From assembly GCA_004293285.1 (NCBI GenBank), contig RDYF01000026.1:6812-70811 (forward strand): 64,000 nt of DNA, in the 5' to 3' direction. The position numbers were made by a program, and so were the translations under genes. This stretch comes from Verrucomicrobiota bacterium (GTDB lineage: Bacteria > Verrucomicrobiota > Verrucomicrobiia > Verrucomicrobiales > Akkermansiaceae). The notes beneath the pieces are model-generated. The model saw only the letters and a list, made by a program, of their open reading frames with translations. It searched no databases and was not told where the DNA came from. How positions within the stretch are numbered: position 1 is the first letter of the stretch; each line of letters starts with the position of its first letter. Shown here in pieces: positions 26,258 through 35,249 of this stretch.

Positions 26258-28159
26258 TCATTCCTTGCCGACCTCAGACGGACGGCCCGACTGCGGCGAT
26301 GGATCGATCGCTTTTTCGGGAAACAACTCGGCGATGCGAGCCACGTATTCTTCGATGAAAACTCGCATTTCGATCACGGTGTCTTTGATTCGGGAATTGA
26401 GATAAGAATAAATGAACAGAGCAGGAATCGCGACCACTAGGCCCGCCACAGTGGCGAGCAAGGCCGAGGCGATCCCGGGAGCGATGGAGTTCACATCCAC
26501 CTCGCCCGATTTGGCAATGATGGCGAAAGTAATCATCACACCCACCACCGTGCCCAAAAGGCCGACGTAAGGACCACCCGCAATCGAAATGGTCAGATAG
26601 ATCAAACCCTTGCCGAGCTTCTTTTGTTCTCTTGCTAGCCCCGTATCGAGCGATGCTTTGATGGCGTTGATCGATCTCTCGGTAAGTCCAGTAACGAACA
26701 ATAGTTCTTCTTCGGAACGATTTTTCAGCTCTTTGAAGCCAATGGAAAATACATGGAAGATAGGCGACTTGCGGATTGCCGCCATGTCTTTCTCATCCGC
26801 TAGATTTTCTAACAAAACTTCAGGATCTTCGTCGATCGAACGCAACAGCTTTTTGTCGGCGGAAATTTGACTCCACAGTCGGACAAAGGACTGGGTGCCT
26901 TGATCAATCGAATTGAGGTAACGAAACTTGCGCACTGCCACCGACCAGCCGAAAACGATCATGATCAAGCAAACGCCTACCGCAATCCATCCGTCGAACA
27001 TCATGTTTTTGGCAATGTCGCCAAACAGCATGACGTGCTCTAGCGCTTCTGAGGCATGACCTCCTTGTCCTTCTTCATCACTCTGTTGGACAGACACCAC
27101 GCGCTGCGCCACTTCGCTGGGCCCTTGGGCGATGGCATCAAACTTGATCCAGTCGACACTGCGATCGACATCCGCCAGTGTCAATGCATCGAGCTCACCG
27201 GTATAAGGCAGCACACCATTGGTGGCCGACTCGACACCACCGAGCAAGATCGATGAATCCAAGAGCGGCGTTTTCGCATTGATGGAGCTGCTTTCCACTC
27301 CGTCGATGTATGTTGTGATCTTCTCCCCTTGAGCAACCACGGCGATGTGGCTCCAGGAGTTGATCGGAATTTTTTTCCCAGCAGTACTGGTTGTCGTTGC
27401 CGCACGATTGCCCACTTCCACCACTGGAGCGTCGGCGATCAACTTGACTCGGAAGATCGCTTGGGCATTTTCTCTCGATAGAATCACCGCATTTTCATGG
27501 CTCTGGGTAGGCTTGATCCAGAAAGACACGGTCAGCTTTTGCCCATCAGACCAATTCAATGATTCGGATGAAGGAATGACAATCGGATCGCCAGCCAGTT
27601 TGACACTTGAGCCGATGATTCCTGCATTCGAAGTAACACCACGATTGCTCGAACGATTTTGATGTTTCGTGCTGTCTTTGAAAGGCTCGCCTTGGCTCAA
27701 GAAATCGAACTGGAGTCGCGTTGCGTCATCATAGGCATCGAACGATTCGGTCTTTCCGCTGGCATCGCTCGATCCATAATAGAGATTGATCGTGGTTGTT
27801 TTTTTGCTCGATAGGTTGGGAACTTTGACCCAGACCAAGGCTTCGTATAGCAAAGCGTCGTAACGCTCGATCGAGTGAGGCAGAACAGTCTTGCCGTCGT
27901 CGGCGATGAATCGCAAATCACTGCCTTGATCGGCGGCGACGGCGAAGTTGAAATTGCCTTCGTGCAAACGAATCAATACCGTTTTTTGGGACAAATCGCT
28001 AGAGAACCCTTCGATGTGCTGTCCCGGGTTGAGAATGATCTGTTGCTTTTGCGTCCAAGAGTCGTTCCACCACTCATTGGCGGCAGCAAAAGAGGACGTC
28101 AGAATCGTCAGGAGTGTTGCAATTTTGAACATGGTATCGGAAGTTAGAAGTTGGTCCAA
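26258..28159 (-). CDS. exbB: MotA/TolQ/ExbB proton-channel protein with a ~390-aa N-terminal periplasmic DUF2341/LamG-like domain
   Basis: The C-terminal ~230 aa have ExbB TM helices and GGPYVGLLGTVVGVMITF...APGIASALLATVAGLVVAIPALFIYSYL. The N-terminus has a signal peptide (MFKIATLLTILTSSFAAA), a WWNDSW...LRFIADDG region resembling DUF2341, and a concanavalin/LamG-like segment (LTVSFWIKPT...WSHIAVV...TTYIDGV). Confidence 0.8.
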   Translation of the reverse strand: MDQLLTSDTMFKIATLLTILTSSFAAANEWWNDSWTQKQQIILNPGQHIEGFSSDLSQKTVLIRLHEGNFNFAVAADQGSDLRFIADDGKTVLPHSIERYDALLYEALVWVKVPNLSSKKTTTINLYYGSSDASGKTESFDAYDDATRLQFDFLSQGEPFKDSTKHQNRSSNRGVTSNAGIIGSSVKLAGDPIVIPSSESLNWSDGQKLTVSFWIKPTQSHENAVILSRENAQAIFRVKLIADAPVVEVGNRAATTTSTAGKKIPINSWSHIAVVAQGEKITTYIDGVESSSINAKTPLLDSSILLGGVESATNGVLPYTGELDALTLADVDRSVDWIKFDAIAQGPSEVAQRVVSVQQSDEEGQGGHASEALEHVMLFGDIAKNMMFDGWIAVGVCLIMIVFGWSVAVRKFRYLNSIDQGTQSFVRLWSQISADKKLLRSIDEDPEVLLENLADEKDMAAIRKSPIFHVFSIGFKELKNRSEEELLFVTGLTERSINAIKASLDTGLAREQKKLGKGLIYLTISIAGGPYVGLLGTVVGVMITFAIIAKSGEVDVNSIAPGIASALLATVAGLVVAIPALFIYSYLNSRIKDTVIEMRVFIEEYVARIAELFPEKAIDPSPQSGRPSEVGKE

Positions 28160-29733
28160 GTGCGGAAAATGAGTCGTGATTCCCCTTGGGACGTGTCTGC
28201 AAAATCGGTAAACGGAAAAGCGAGATCGAGCGTGCCATGATAGCGCTCTGCGAGGGAGAATCGACCGCCCACGCCAACACTAAGAAATTCTTCGTGCTGG
28301 TCCTGTGCTGGGAGTGGATCGTGAATGCTCGACACCCCCGCGTCTGCAAAGACATGCAAGCGTGCTTCGTCGTTGGCAAAAAACTTGTCGTGGATCCACG
28401 GCAGGAAGTTCGGGGTGCGAAGCTCGGTACTGAGGAACCACGCTTGATCGCCGAGTGCGGTCGATTCGAGATAGCCGCGGGCCGAACTCCATCCGCCAGC
28501 AGCAAATTGTTCGGTATTGATCAAGGGTTGATCGGAAATCTGGCCTTGGATTTTTCCGTACCATTGCCACTGACGAAAGATTTCGTGAGTATGCGACACA
28601 TCGAAGCGGTTGTAGATGTAACTGCCCTTTGCGAGAAAACGCTTGTCGTCAAACCGTGCATCATCATCGCCGAGCTGACGCAGAGCAAAATTGAGTGAGC
28701 TATTGACTTCAGTGAGCGATTTTTCTTTTTTGCGAAACCAGCTGTAGGCGAAAGAAGCGGGATAGTAATTGATGGGATTGCGGATGGTCTCCGTGCCGAT
28801 GGTCAGACGATCATCAAAGCGCTTGGCATCGATGCCAACGCTCAGCGAATGAGTATCCGGCAAGCGGAACAAGGCCCGCAAGCCGAGGATTTGACCGCGC
28901 CCTGCCGATGCCGCGCCGCCTAGGGTCGATACATCCGAGTTTTGCTTGGTCGCACTCAGCATCAACGACAAATGAGGATGAATCGGTGCCAAGTAGTATC
29001 CCGATGCCACTTCGGCATCATCGCGATTTTCTGGTGCAATCTGATAACTGATTCCTGCGGTATGACCTAACTGAAACAAGTTGCCATAACTGATCGAAGC
29101 ATTCGCACGCAGTGGCGATGTTTGCGGGTTGTAACGATTGTTCAATTCGAAAGAACCGTGGAGTGGGAAATGATCTTCGACATCCAGATCGACATCAAAT
29201 GTCCCGGGAATGCTGCCCGCCTGAATGCGTGGTGTGACTTTCAGGTCCGCACTCTGATTCAGCCCAACAATTTCTTTTTTGACCGTTTCAAAATTCGGCA
29301 CCGTTCCTGGCGCGAGAGAAGTGATTTGCGATTTGATACGGCTCGGCAAATGATACCGTGAGCCATTGACGCGGAGGTTGGCGATTTCCGACTCGACCAC
29401 GCGGAATTGGATGATTCCCTTCGTAGGATCTTGCTGCGGGATGATGACGGAAACGGTTTGATAACCCTTTTCGTGATAAACCTTTTCTAACGCCGTGCGT
29501 GCCTTTTCGACATCGGCAATGCTTTTGCCTTTGCCGAGATAGGGATAAATCGCTCTCTCGATCTCCTCGACACCGATCTTCTTCGCTCCTTTGACGCGGT
29601 ATTCTCGGATGAAAAGTCGTGCGCTTTCTTTGTCTGGTGCAGGGTTTCCTAACGCGACCGAAAGCAGCGTTAGCAGCCCTGCAACAGAAAGTGTTTTGGC
29701 CGATGATCCGAATGTTATGCGCCGAGTGCTCAC
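28144..29733 (-). CDS. TpsB outer-membrane transporter (ShlB/FhaC/HecB family)
   Basis: POTRA region IREYRVKGAKKIGVEEIERAIYPYLGKGKSIADVEKARTALEKVYHEKGYQTVSVIIPQQD...IQFRVVESEIANLRVNG. The barrel has FELNNRYNPQTSPLR and INTEQFAAGGWSSARGYLESTALGDQAWFLSTEL, and ends ...TWTNF. Confidence 0.85.
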   Translation of the reverse strand: MSTRRITFGSSAKTLSVAGLLTLLSVALGNPAPDKESARLFIREYRVKGAKKIGVEEIERAIYPYLGKGKSIADVEKARTALEKVYHEKGYQTVSVIIPQQDPTKGIIQFRVVESEIANLRVNGSRYHLPSRIKSQITSLAPGTVPNFETVKKEIVGLNQSADLKVTPRIQAGSIPGTFDVDLDVEDHFPLHGSFELNNRYNPQTSPLRANASISYGNLFQLGHTAGISYQIAPENRDDAEVASGYYLAPIHPHLSLMLSATKQNSDVSTLGGAASAGRGQILGLRALFRLPDTHSLSVGIDAKRFDDRLTIGTETIRNPINYYPASFAYSWFRKKEKSLTEVNSSLNFALRQLGDDDARFDDKRFLAKGSYIYNRFDVSHTHEIFRQWQWYGKIQGQISDQPLINTEQFAAGGWSSARGYLESTALGDQAWFLSTELRTPNFLPWIHDKFFANDEARLHVFADAGVSSIHDPLPAQDQHEEFLSVGVGGRFSLAERYHGTLDLAFPFTDFADTSQGESRLIFRTWTNF

Positions 29734-29774
29734 AGTCTTGATGTGCGATGAAATCGAGAGGTCGATGAGATCGA

Positions 29775-31217
29775 TTACAATGTTCCTGGGAATACCGTGC
29801 CGCCGTCTTCGGTGCGGAAGACTTTGAGGTTGGTATCGTCGAGACGAATTCCTTGCTGACTGCCGACATCAATCTTGATGCGATTGATCAATGCTTGCAC
29901 AAAGTTGGCACGGAAACTTGGACTTGGATCGCCGGCGCGTGCGGCCACTCCCGATTCTGGAATCACCACGCGATTGTACAACCACAGCGTGTAGCTGCCA
30001 TTTTTCACATTTTCTGGAGTATTCTCTACGCCATTGAAACGCAATTTGACCCCGACCGTGCTCGCGGGACGCTGACCTGCTGGCTGACCAATGCCGAGAA
30101 TCGTGGCATCGGCATCACCCGGTGTGACATAACCAATGTACCAGCCATCTTCCGCAGCGGGATCGACTTTTTTGTATGCCGTAGGGGAAAGTCGATAGGT
30201 CAATGCCGTCGCCAAGGTCGCCCCACTGGGGTATCCACCGCTCGCGGTAATGCCCGAGAAAGTTTCTTCGACGCCGTTGTTCCATTGACGGTGATCAGAC
30301 ACCAGGCCACCAATCGGTTGACTGCTACCGATGACAAACGAATTGTTTGGATTGTAATTCGGATTCGGAATCAGTGCGTTAGGATTGTTCGGATCGACGA
30401 TCTGTGGCGTGTTCGCGGTTCCCCCGTTGGTCGGGGCTGGATTCGGCTGCCAGTTGTATTGAAAACCAATGCCCGATCGACCGATTTCTTGCTGCGCGGC
30501 AAAGCGCTGCCCGGCATCGGTGTTACGACCCAGCGCATAAATGTACTTCTTCGAGTCGGTCGCCCAATTGCCAGTGAATAGCGCAAGCGGCACAACGCCA
30601 GTGTCATAGAGCAATTTCGCCTGTTGGGTGGTGATGTTGGTCACGCCCGTGTTCTGAAATCCCGGACTGGCATAAAAACCCAACTGCGAAATGCCTACCG
30701 GAATTTCACTGATGTTGTTGTAGGTTCTGCCATTGTACTCGCCGATGAAGGGAGAGGTCGACTGGAAGTTGGTCGAAAGCCCGAAGTCGACGTTCGACGT
30801 GATGAAATGCGCGGGATTGGTGGCAGTATTGGGATTGGAGGGAATCGCTACGCCGCCGCGTCCATTGGTGGAGTCGAACCGCACTTGCAGCGTCGGATCG
30901 GCCACAGCTGCAATGCCTGCAAGCGCACCGGCATAGTTGGTTTTGATGATCACGTTGGTGCCATTCCAAGTACCATTCCAAGTGCCCGCGTTGGATCCAC
31001 GCGAGTTGTTATCGACAGCTTGGTTCTCGCCACCTGCACCGGTTGATGATCCTGTTAGACCTTGGTAGCTCCAGTTGGTGAGAAGTCGGCTAATCGCCAC
31101 TTGTGTGGCATTGCGGTCGCCATTCGATGCCGCAAAATAGATCGTCACTTGAGCGTGTAGGGTCGGTGCCAGAAACAAGCCAAGCGCACTGAGGGTGTTG
31201 ATAAGTTGATTTTTCAT
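29775..31217 (-). CDS. Secreted protein of unknown function with a weak periplasmic-binding-protein (PstS/PBP-like) signature
   Basis: Signal peptide MKNQLINTLSALGLFLAPTLHAQ. The C-terminal YIGYVTPGDA...VKLRFNGVENTPENVKNGSYTLWLYNRVV resembles the conserved end of PstS-family binding proteins. The N-terminal match is poor. Confidence 0.3.
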   Translation of the reverse strand: MKNQLINTLSALGLFLAPTLHAQVTIYFAASNGDRNATQVAISRLLTNWSYQGLTGSSTGAGGENQAVDNNSRGSNAGTWNGTWNGTNVIIKTNYAGALAGIAAVADPTLQVRFDSTNGRGGVAIPSNPNTATNPAHFITSNVDFGLSTNFQSTSPFIGEYNGRTYNNISEIPVGISQLGFYASPGFQNTGVTNITTQQAKLLYDTGVVPLALFTGNWATDSKKYIYALGRNTDAGQRFAAQQEIGRSGIGFQYNWQPNPAPTNGGTANTPQIVDPNNPNALIPNPNYNPNNSFVIGSSQPIGGLVSDHRQWNNGVEETFSGITASGGYPSGATLATALTYRLSPTAYKKVDPAAEDGWYIGYVTPGDADATILGIGQPAGQRPASTVGVKLRFNGVENTPENVKNGSYTLWLYNRVVIPESGVAARAGDPSPSFRANFVQALINRIKIDVGSQQGIRLDDTNLKVFRTEDGGTVFPGTL

Positions 31218-31246
31218 AATGATTCGATTTTTGATTTTTCTTGTTT

Positions 31247-32341
31247 TTAGGGATTGGAAACGATGGTGCGGTAAAAACCTTTGCTGCGCGACGTGCGCAC
31301 GGGGTCGGTATCGACAAAGTTGAGCGGAGTCGCAGCGCTGCCCGATAGATGAACGTGCACTTCTTGCCAGTCGTTCGATAAGGTCTGGCTGTATTGCACA
31401 ACATAGCGACGATTGGCGATGGTCGACAACTGAATGGTCGCTGAGACTCCGGGAACGATGGTGGGAGGATTCATGCGAAAGAACGAAGACGCACTTTGCG
31501 GATCAGTGCCTGCTAACAACTCTTCTCCATCGCTGAAGTGATCGCCATCGGTATCGATGGTGAATGGATCGATGAGCGATGGCTTGGTAAAGCTGATGAC
31601 GCCGTTCGTGCTGATGCTGAAGTAGCCCAAATATTCGACCGTTCCTCGGGCGAAGAGCGATGCTCCTTTGCGATGCACGTAGAAGTCCAAGGCCGCATCG
31701 GCGGCACCGCTCGCGAAGCTTTTTTCGACATTACTCCAAGTGCTGAAATCTTGCCGACCTGGTGTCGCCACTTGCGCAAAGTAGCTTTCACTTCCTGTGA
31801 GCTGAGTCTGAAACGAGCCGCGCGGATTGTTCGAAGTAGGCGATAAGACGTTGTAGCCTTGCGACGTGACCGTACTGATTTGACCATACGCCGCATTCTG
31901 CTGCTGTCCTGTCAAGGCAGTCCACGGGACGCTTTGAGTCGGAATCGACGGCCTTGCTTTGGTGATAAAGACCGCTTCATTGTCCGAGAAATTTCTCGCA
32001 AAGGCCGACCAAACCACTTGGGCTCTTTGATGCCATTGCGTGAGACCATTCTCATTGAATGTATCGTAATTGCTCAAATCGGTACCAAGTGCACTCAGTT
32101 GAGTCAACGGAGTGGTTGTGCCGGGATTGGCATTGACGAACTGCGAGACCGGACCGGCGTTGACCAAGTACGACCCGGTCGACGCGTTGGAGGTATCTCG
32201 GAAGGCGATAATCACATCGCCCTGCGCCGCCTGCGTGACTTGTGTCGCGCGCAAGACCATGGTGTGGGCCATGAGCACGATGGCGATCCATTTCCAATCA
32301 TGGAGATGAAGCAACTTACTTTTTGTTTTGAAGAAATGCAT
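31247..32341 (-). CDS. Secreted hypothetical protein with a thrombospondin-type-3-like Ca-binding motif
   Basis: The likely start is the ATG at 32341 (MHFFKTKSKLL...IAIVLMAHTMVLRA). It contains IDTDGDHFSDGEELLAGTDPQSASS. I recognise no other family. Confidence 0.5.
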   Translation of the reverse strand: MHFFKTKSKLLHLHDWKWIAIVLMAHTMVLRATQVTQAAQGDVIIAFRDTSNASTGSYLVNAGPVSQFVNANPGTTTPLTQLSALGTDLSNYDTFNENGLTQWHQRAQVVWSAFARNFSDNEAVFITKARPSIPTQSVPWTALTGQQQNAAYGQISTVTSQGYNVLSPTSNNPRGSFQTQLTGSESYFAQVATPGRQDFSTWSNVEKSFASGAADAALDFYVHRKGASLFARGTVEYLGYFSISTNGVISFTKPSLIDPFTIDTDGDHFSDGEELLAGTDPQSASSFFRMNPPTIVPGVSATIQLSTIANRRYVVQYSQTLSNDWQEVHVHLSGSAATPLNFVDTDPVRTSRSKGFYRTIVSNP

Positions 32342-32879
32342 AATTCGATAGTTTCGAGAGGATTGAGGATGGAACCGACATCCACTTGATCGCATCGCAA
32401 GACGACGATGAGCTCAAAAGGAGGCCGACAACTTCGGAATCTGGTGTTTCATTTTTGTGCGAGCTCGCAGCGCGTCGCTCCATCAATCTCCTTCGTGGAG
32501 TATGAGGCAAAAATGTGGTTCCATGAAATTCGGGGCTTCTTGGTAGAATCGCCTCCCATTTGTTTTACCGGTGCAGCGACATGGATGACTGACCGACCAA
32601 GGATTCTTTCGAAAGATATCCCTGCGTTAACTCCGAAATTCTGGTCGTTAACGGCGCACGCTCATTTGCGGCGACGGCGAAAGCATACTATCTAGTGTAG
32701 TATTGTCAAAATATTTTTTAACTTTTTTTGTTACGCCGTGATGACGTCGGGCGAAGTCGAAAAAATCCAAAAAAATCTCAGAAAATGGGCTCAAAGAGGG
32801 CCGTAGTCGCGCTGATGCTCCATTGACCTCGCTGCAGATCGTCATTGGCGCTGGGCGAGCGATGCCGTTCCGGCATCAG

Positions 32880-33671
32880 TCATCCCCTTTTTGTAATGTC
32901 CCCGCCCGAGCGGTGACAGGAGTGCTCAAGTTGAGTCTTGGTTTGGCAGCAAAAAAAAAGCCGGACTCGCAAGAGTCCGACTTTTCGACGCAACATCGCC
33001 AAAGCGCCCAACGCACCAAGCAAAGTCGTGCTGGTTTCGGGGACGATTGTGAACGAAGTTCCATTAGTAGCAAAATCAACGAGTCCACCACTAGAAGGAG
33101 AAGATGCACTAAGTCCCAATGCTACTTGATCACGGTGAGAACTAGCGGTGCCAAAAGTCTGAGTGCCTGTATCTGAAGCAGGAACAACCCAGTCACCACC
33201 GCGTGCAATACCATACTTCGTGTCAGCCAAAGCTTGACCAGTGCTAGAGTCAGGTAAATCGAGCCATACAATAGCATATCTCAAGTTAAGAATATTCGAA
33301 GCATTATAGTTTGAAACAGCACCTGCAATTGTTGTGTCACCGAAAGCATTTACTGTTGTTAATCGACCAATGATCAAATCTCCGCCAAAGAGAGTACCTG
33401 CGCCAAGATTTGCGGAAGTGCTATTCAATTTTGGATCGTTAGCAACCAATAAGTTGTTAGTGTTGGCGTCAACTTTGATACTACCGTTGATAAAGCCATC
33501 GTTATCAACGTCTACAATGAATAGAGCAAGTCTGTTCGATGGCAAATCAGTCGGCGTGACACCGCTGCCCTGCACATTAGTTAAAGCAACTCCTGTCCAT
33601 GTCACCGCAGCCTGAGAAACTGACAATGAGAAACCGAGTAAAAGGATTAGTTTGGATAGTATTTTTTTCAT
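32880..33671 (-). CDS. PEP-CTERM sorting-signal protein (secreted), with the ORF extended through its terminator
   Basis: Signal peptide MKKILSKLILLLGFSLSVSQA. The C-terminal VPETSTTLLGALGALAMLRRK is the PEP motif plus a TM helix plus a basic cluster. A further 33 codons run through the hairpin and U-tract. The gene is low in GC. Confidence 0.7.
   Translation of the reverse strand: MKKILSKLILLLGFSLSVSQAAVTWTGVALTNVQGSGVTPTDLPSNRLALFIVDVDNDGFINGSIKVDANTNNLLVANDPKLNSTSANLGAGTLFGGDLIIGRLTTVNAFGDTTIAGAVSNYNASNILNLRYAIVWLDLPDSSTGQALADTKYGIARGGDWVVPASDTGTQTFGTASSHRDQVALGLSASSPSSGGLVDFATNGTSFTIVPETSTTLLGALGALAMLRRKVGLLRVRLFFCCQTKTQLEHSCHRSGGDITKRG
32951..32979 (-). terminator. Rho-independent terminator (minus strand)
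   Basis: On the minus strand: CGGACTC-TTGC-GAGTCCG (7-bp stem, tetraloop), then GC and T9 (plus-strand A9 at 32951-32959). Confidence 0.7.
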
Positions 33672-33714
33672 TACTTTCGATAAGGTAAAATTGGATTGAA
33701 TATTAGTATTCGAA

Positions 33715-34812
33715 TTATTGATTCAAATTGTAAGGCATCGGAGCTTGCCAAATCGTAACTCCATTGGCAACACCTGGACCTTTTCTGATTACGATAGAAC
33801 TGCCAGCTTTGAGTAATGGATTTTCTCCAATGATCCCACTATTTAGGTTATTGGCATCATACCAACCTGAAGGCCCACCTACTGCTCCACTGTAATGGAA
33901 ATAAGTGGCTGAGACACCTACATCTTGCCCAGTTGATTCGACATCGTAAACATACACAACATCAAGAGGTGAAAAGGGATTATCTGATGAACGGATAACT
34001 CCATTCGTCAATAAACCTGAAGCGTTCAGTGAAGTATCTACCGCAAAAGGAAGTTGCAAGTAAACGTCATTGGGCTCTACGTCTTCGTCGACTGGGACGG
34101 CAGCTGGAGAAATTCTTACTGATCCACTATTAACAAGAGTCAGTGGTGACGACTTTGAATTACGTATTGTGATCGTGAATCCTGGGTCAATGATCACGTG
34201 CGACTGCAAGCCAGCACCCAAGTTGTCTGCGTTGTACCAACCAGCATCTCCACCAACAGACCCATCGTAATGGAAATAAGTTGCAACTGAAGATCTGTCA
34301 GTTCCTATGCCTCTAGCGTCAGTAAACAATAGTGTAGTTTCTGGAGCAAACGGGCTAGAATTCGTTCCGATTCCTGCACCATTGGGATACAAAGTCTCTA
34401 AAGTCCAGTATGGCACCAATTGGAATGTGCTAGACGCAGTTAAACCTTGGGATTCAACAGAGTTGGCAGCATCCGGATCCAGTGTGATGGTGTTAACATC
34501 GTTAGCCAAAACCTTAAATCGACGGCCCGCAATGGGACCCGTCATAACCTCAAGATAGTATGTTTTGAACTTATCTTGACTGGCATCAAATACAAATTGT
34601 TGAGGATTTGTCGCAAAAGATGCATTAGCGACTGTGACGGTATTTGCAGAAACAGATTGAATAGTGCCACTAAATTCAGGATTCCGCATCAGGGGAACTG
34701 ATATGTTCGCATCCGATTCTGCGGGAACGACATAAGTCACATACCCGACCGGAGTCGTTGTGGCTGTATTCTGCGCGTGGAGCGCTATGGGAGCCAAGAA
34801 ACTGGCTACCAA
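33715..34812 (-). CDS. Secreted protein with two tandem internal repeats (possibly the PVC 'TIGR02597'-type family)
   Basis: Signal-like N-terminus (L)VASFLAPIALHAQ with a TTG start; KLLPLL lies just upstream in frame. The repeated blocks are VATYFHYDGSVGGDAGWYNADNLGAG and SATYFHYSGAVGGPSGWYDANNLNSG. The gene is low in GC. Confidence 0.55.
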   Translation of the reverse strand: MVASFLAPIALHAQNTATTTPVGYVTYVVPAESDANISVPLMRNPEFSGTIQSVSANTVTVANASFATNPQQFVFDASQDKFKTYYLEVMTGPIAGRRFKVLANDVNTITLDPDAANSVESQGLTASSTFQLVPYWTLETLYPNGAGIGTNSSPFAPETTLLFTDARGIGTDRSSVATYFHYDGSVGGDAGWYNADNLGAGLQSHVIIDPGFTITIRNSKSSPLTLVNSGSVRISPAAVPVDEDVEPNDVYLQLPFAVDTSLNASGLLTNGVIRSSDNPFSPLDVVYVYDVESTGQDVGVSATYFHYSGAVGGPSGWYDANNLNSGIIGENPLLKAGSSIVIRKGPGVANGVTIWQAPMPYNLNQ

Positions 34813-35249
34813 GAGGGGAAGAAGTTTGTTTGTTGTAATAAGTTGAAAAAAGGGAGGTGTTTCGCTTGTTGGTCACAGTGGCGAAAGGTTTTTGACGTTG
34901 TGGTTGCTGCGTAACTTGCCAAACGGTAATTCACACACTTTCGTATGCGAATGACATCTACAATCAATCACGAGCCCCCGAAGATCGCAAGAAAAAAAAC
35001 AAAGTCGTCTGCAAAAAATTTTACCACCTCGTCTTATCTTGCCCCCATTCGCAAAAAAGCTCTGATTTTCAACAGCTTTCCCCTTTTATCAATCTGACGA
35101 AAAGCGTCACATTGGCGATGATCGCCCGACTTTTTCGCGCATTTTCTCTCTCTCCAGCTTAGATCATGAGCTCATTTCATAAAATTTTATGACTCCTTTG
35201 CTCCTGCCGAGGCTTGGGGCAGGGGCATGTGCTGGGTCGGACGTTCCTT

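Noticed and set aside
32685-32703. Inverted repeat ATACTA-N7-TAGTAT as an operator for the TPS-Ton operon
   Set aside because: The arms are only 6 bp, it lies about 350 bp upstream of the first start codon, and it is easily expected by chance in an AT-rich spacer.
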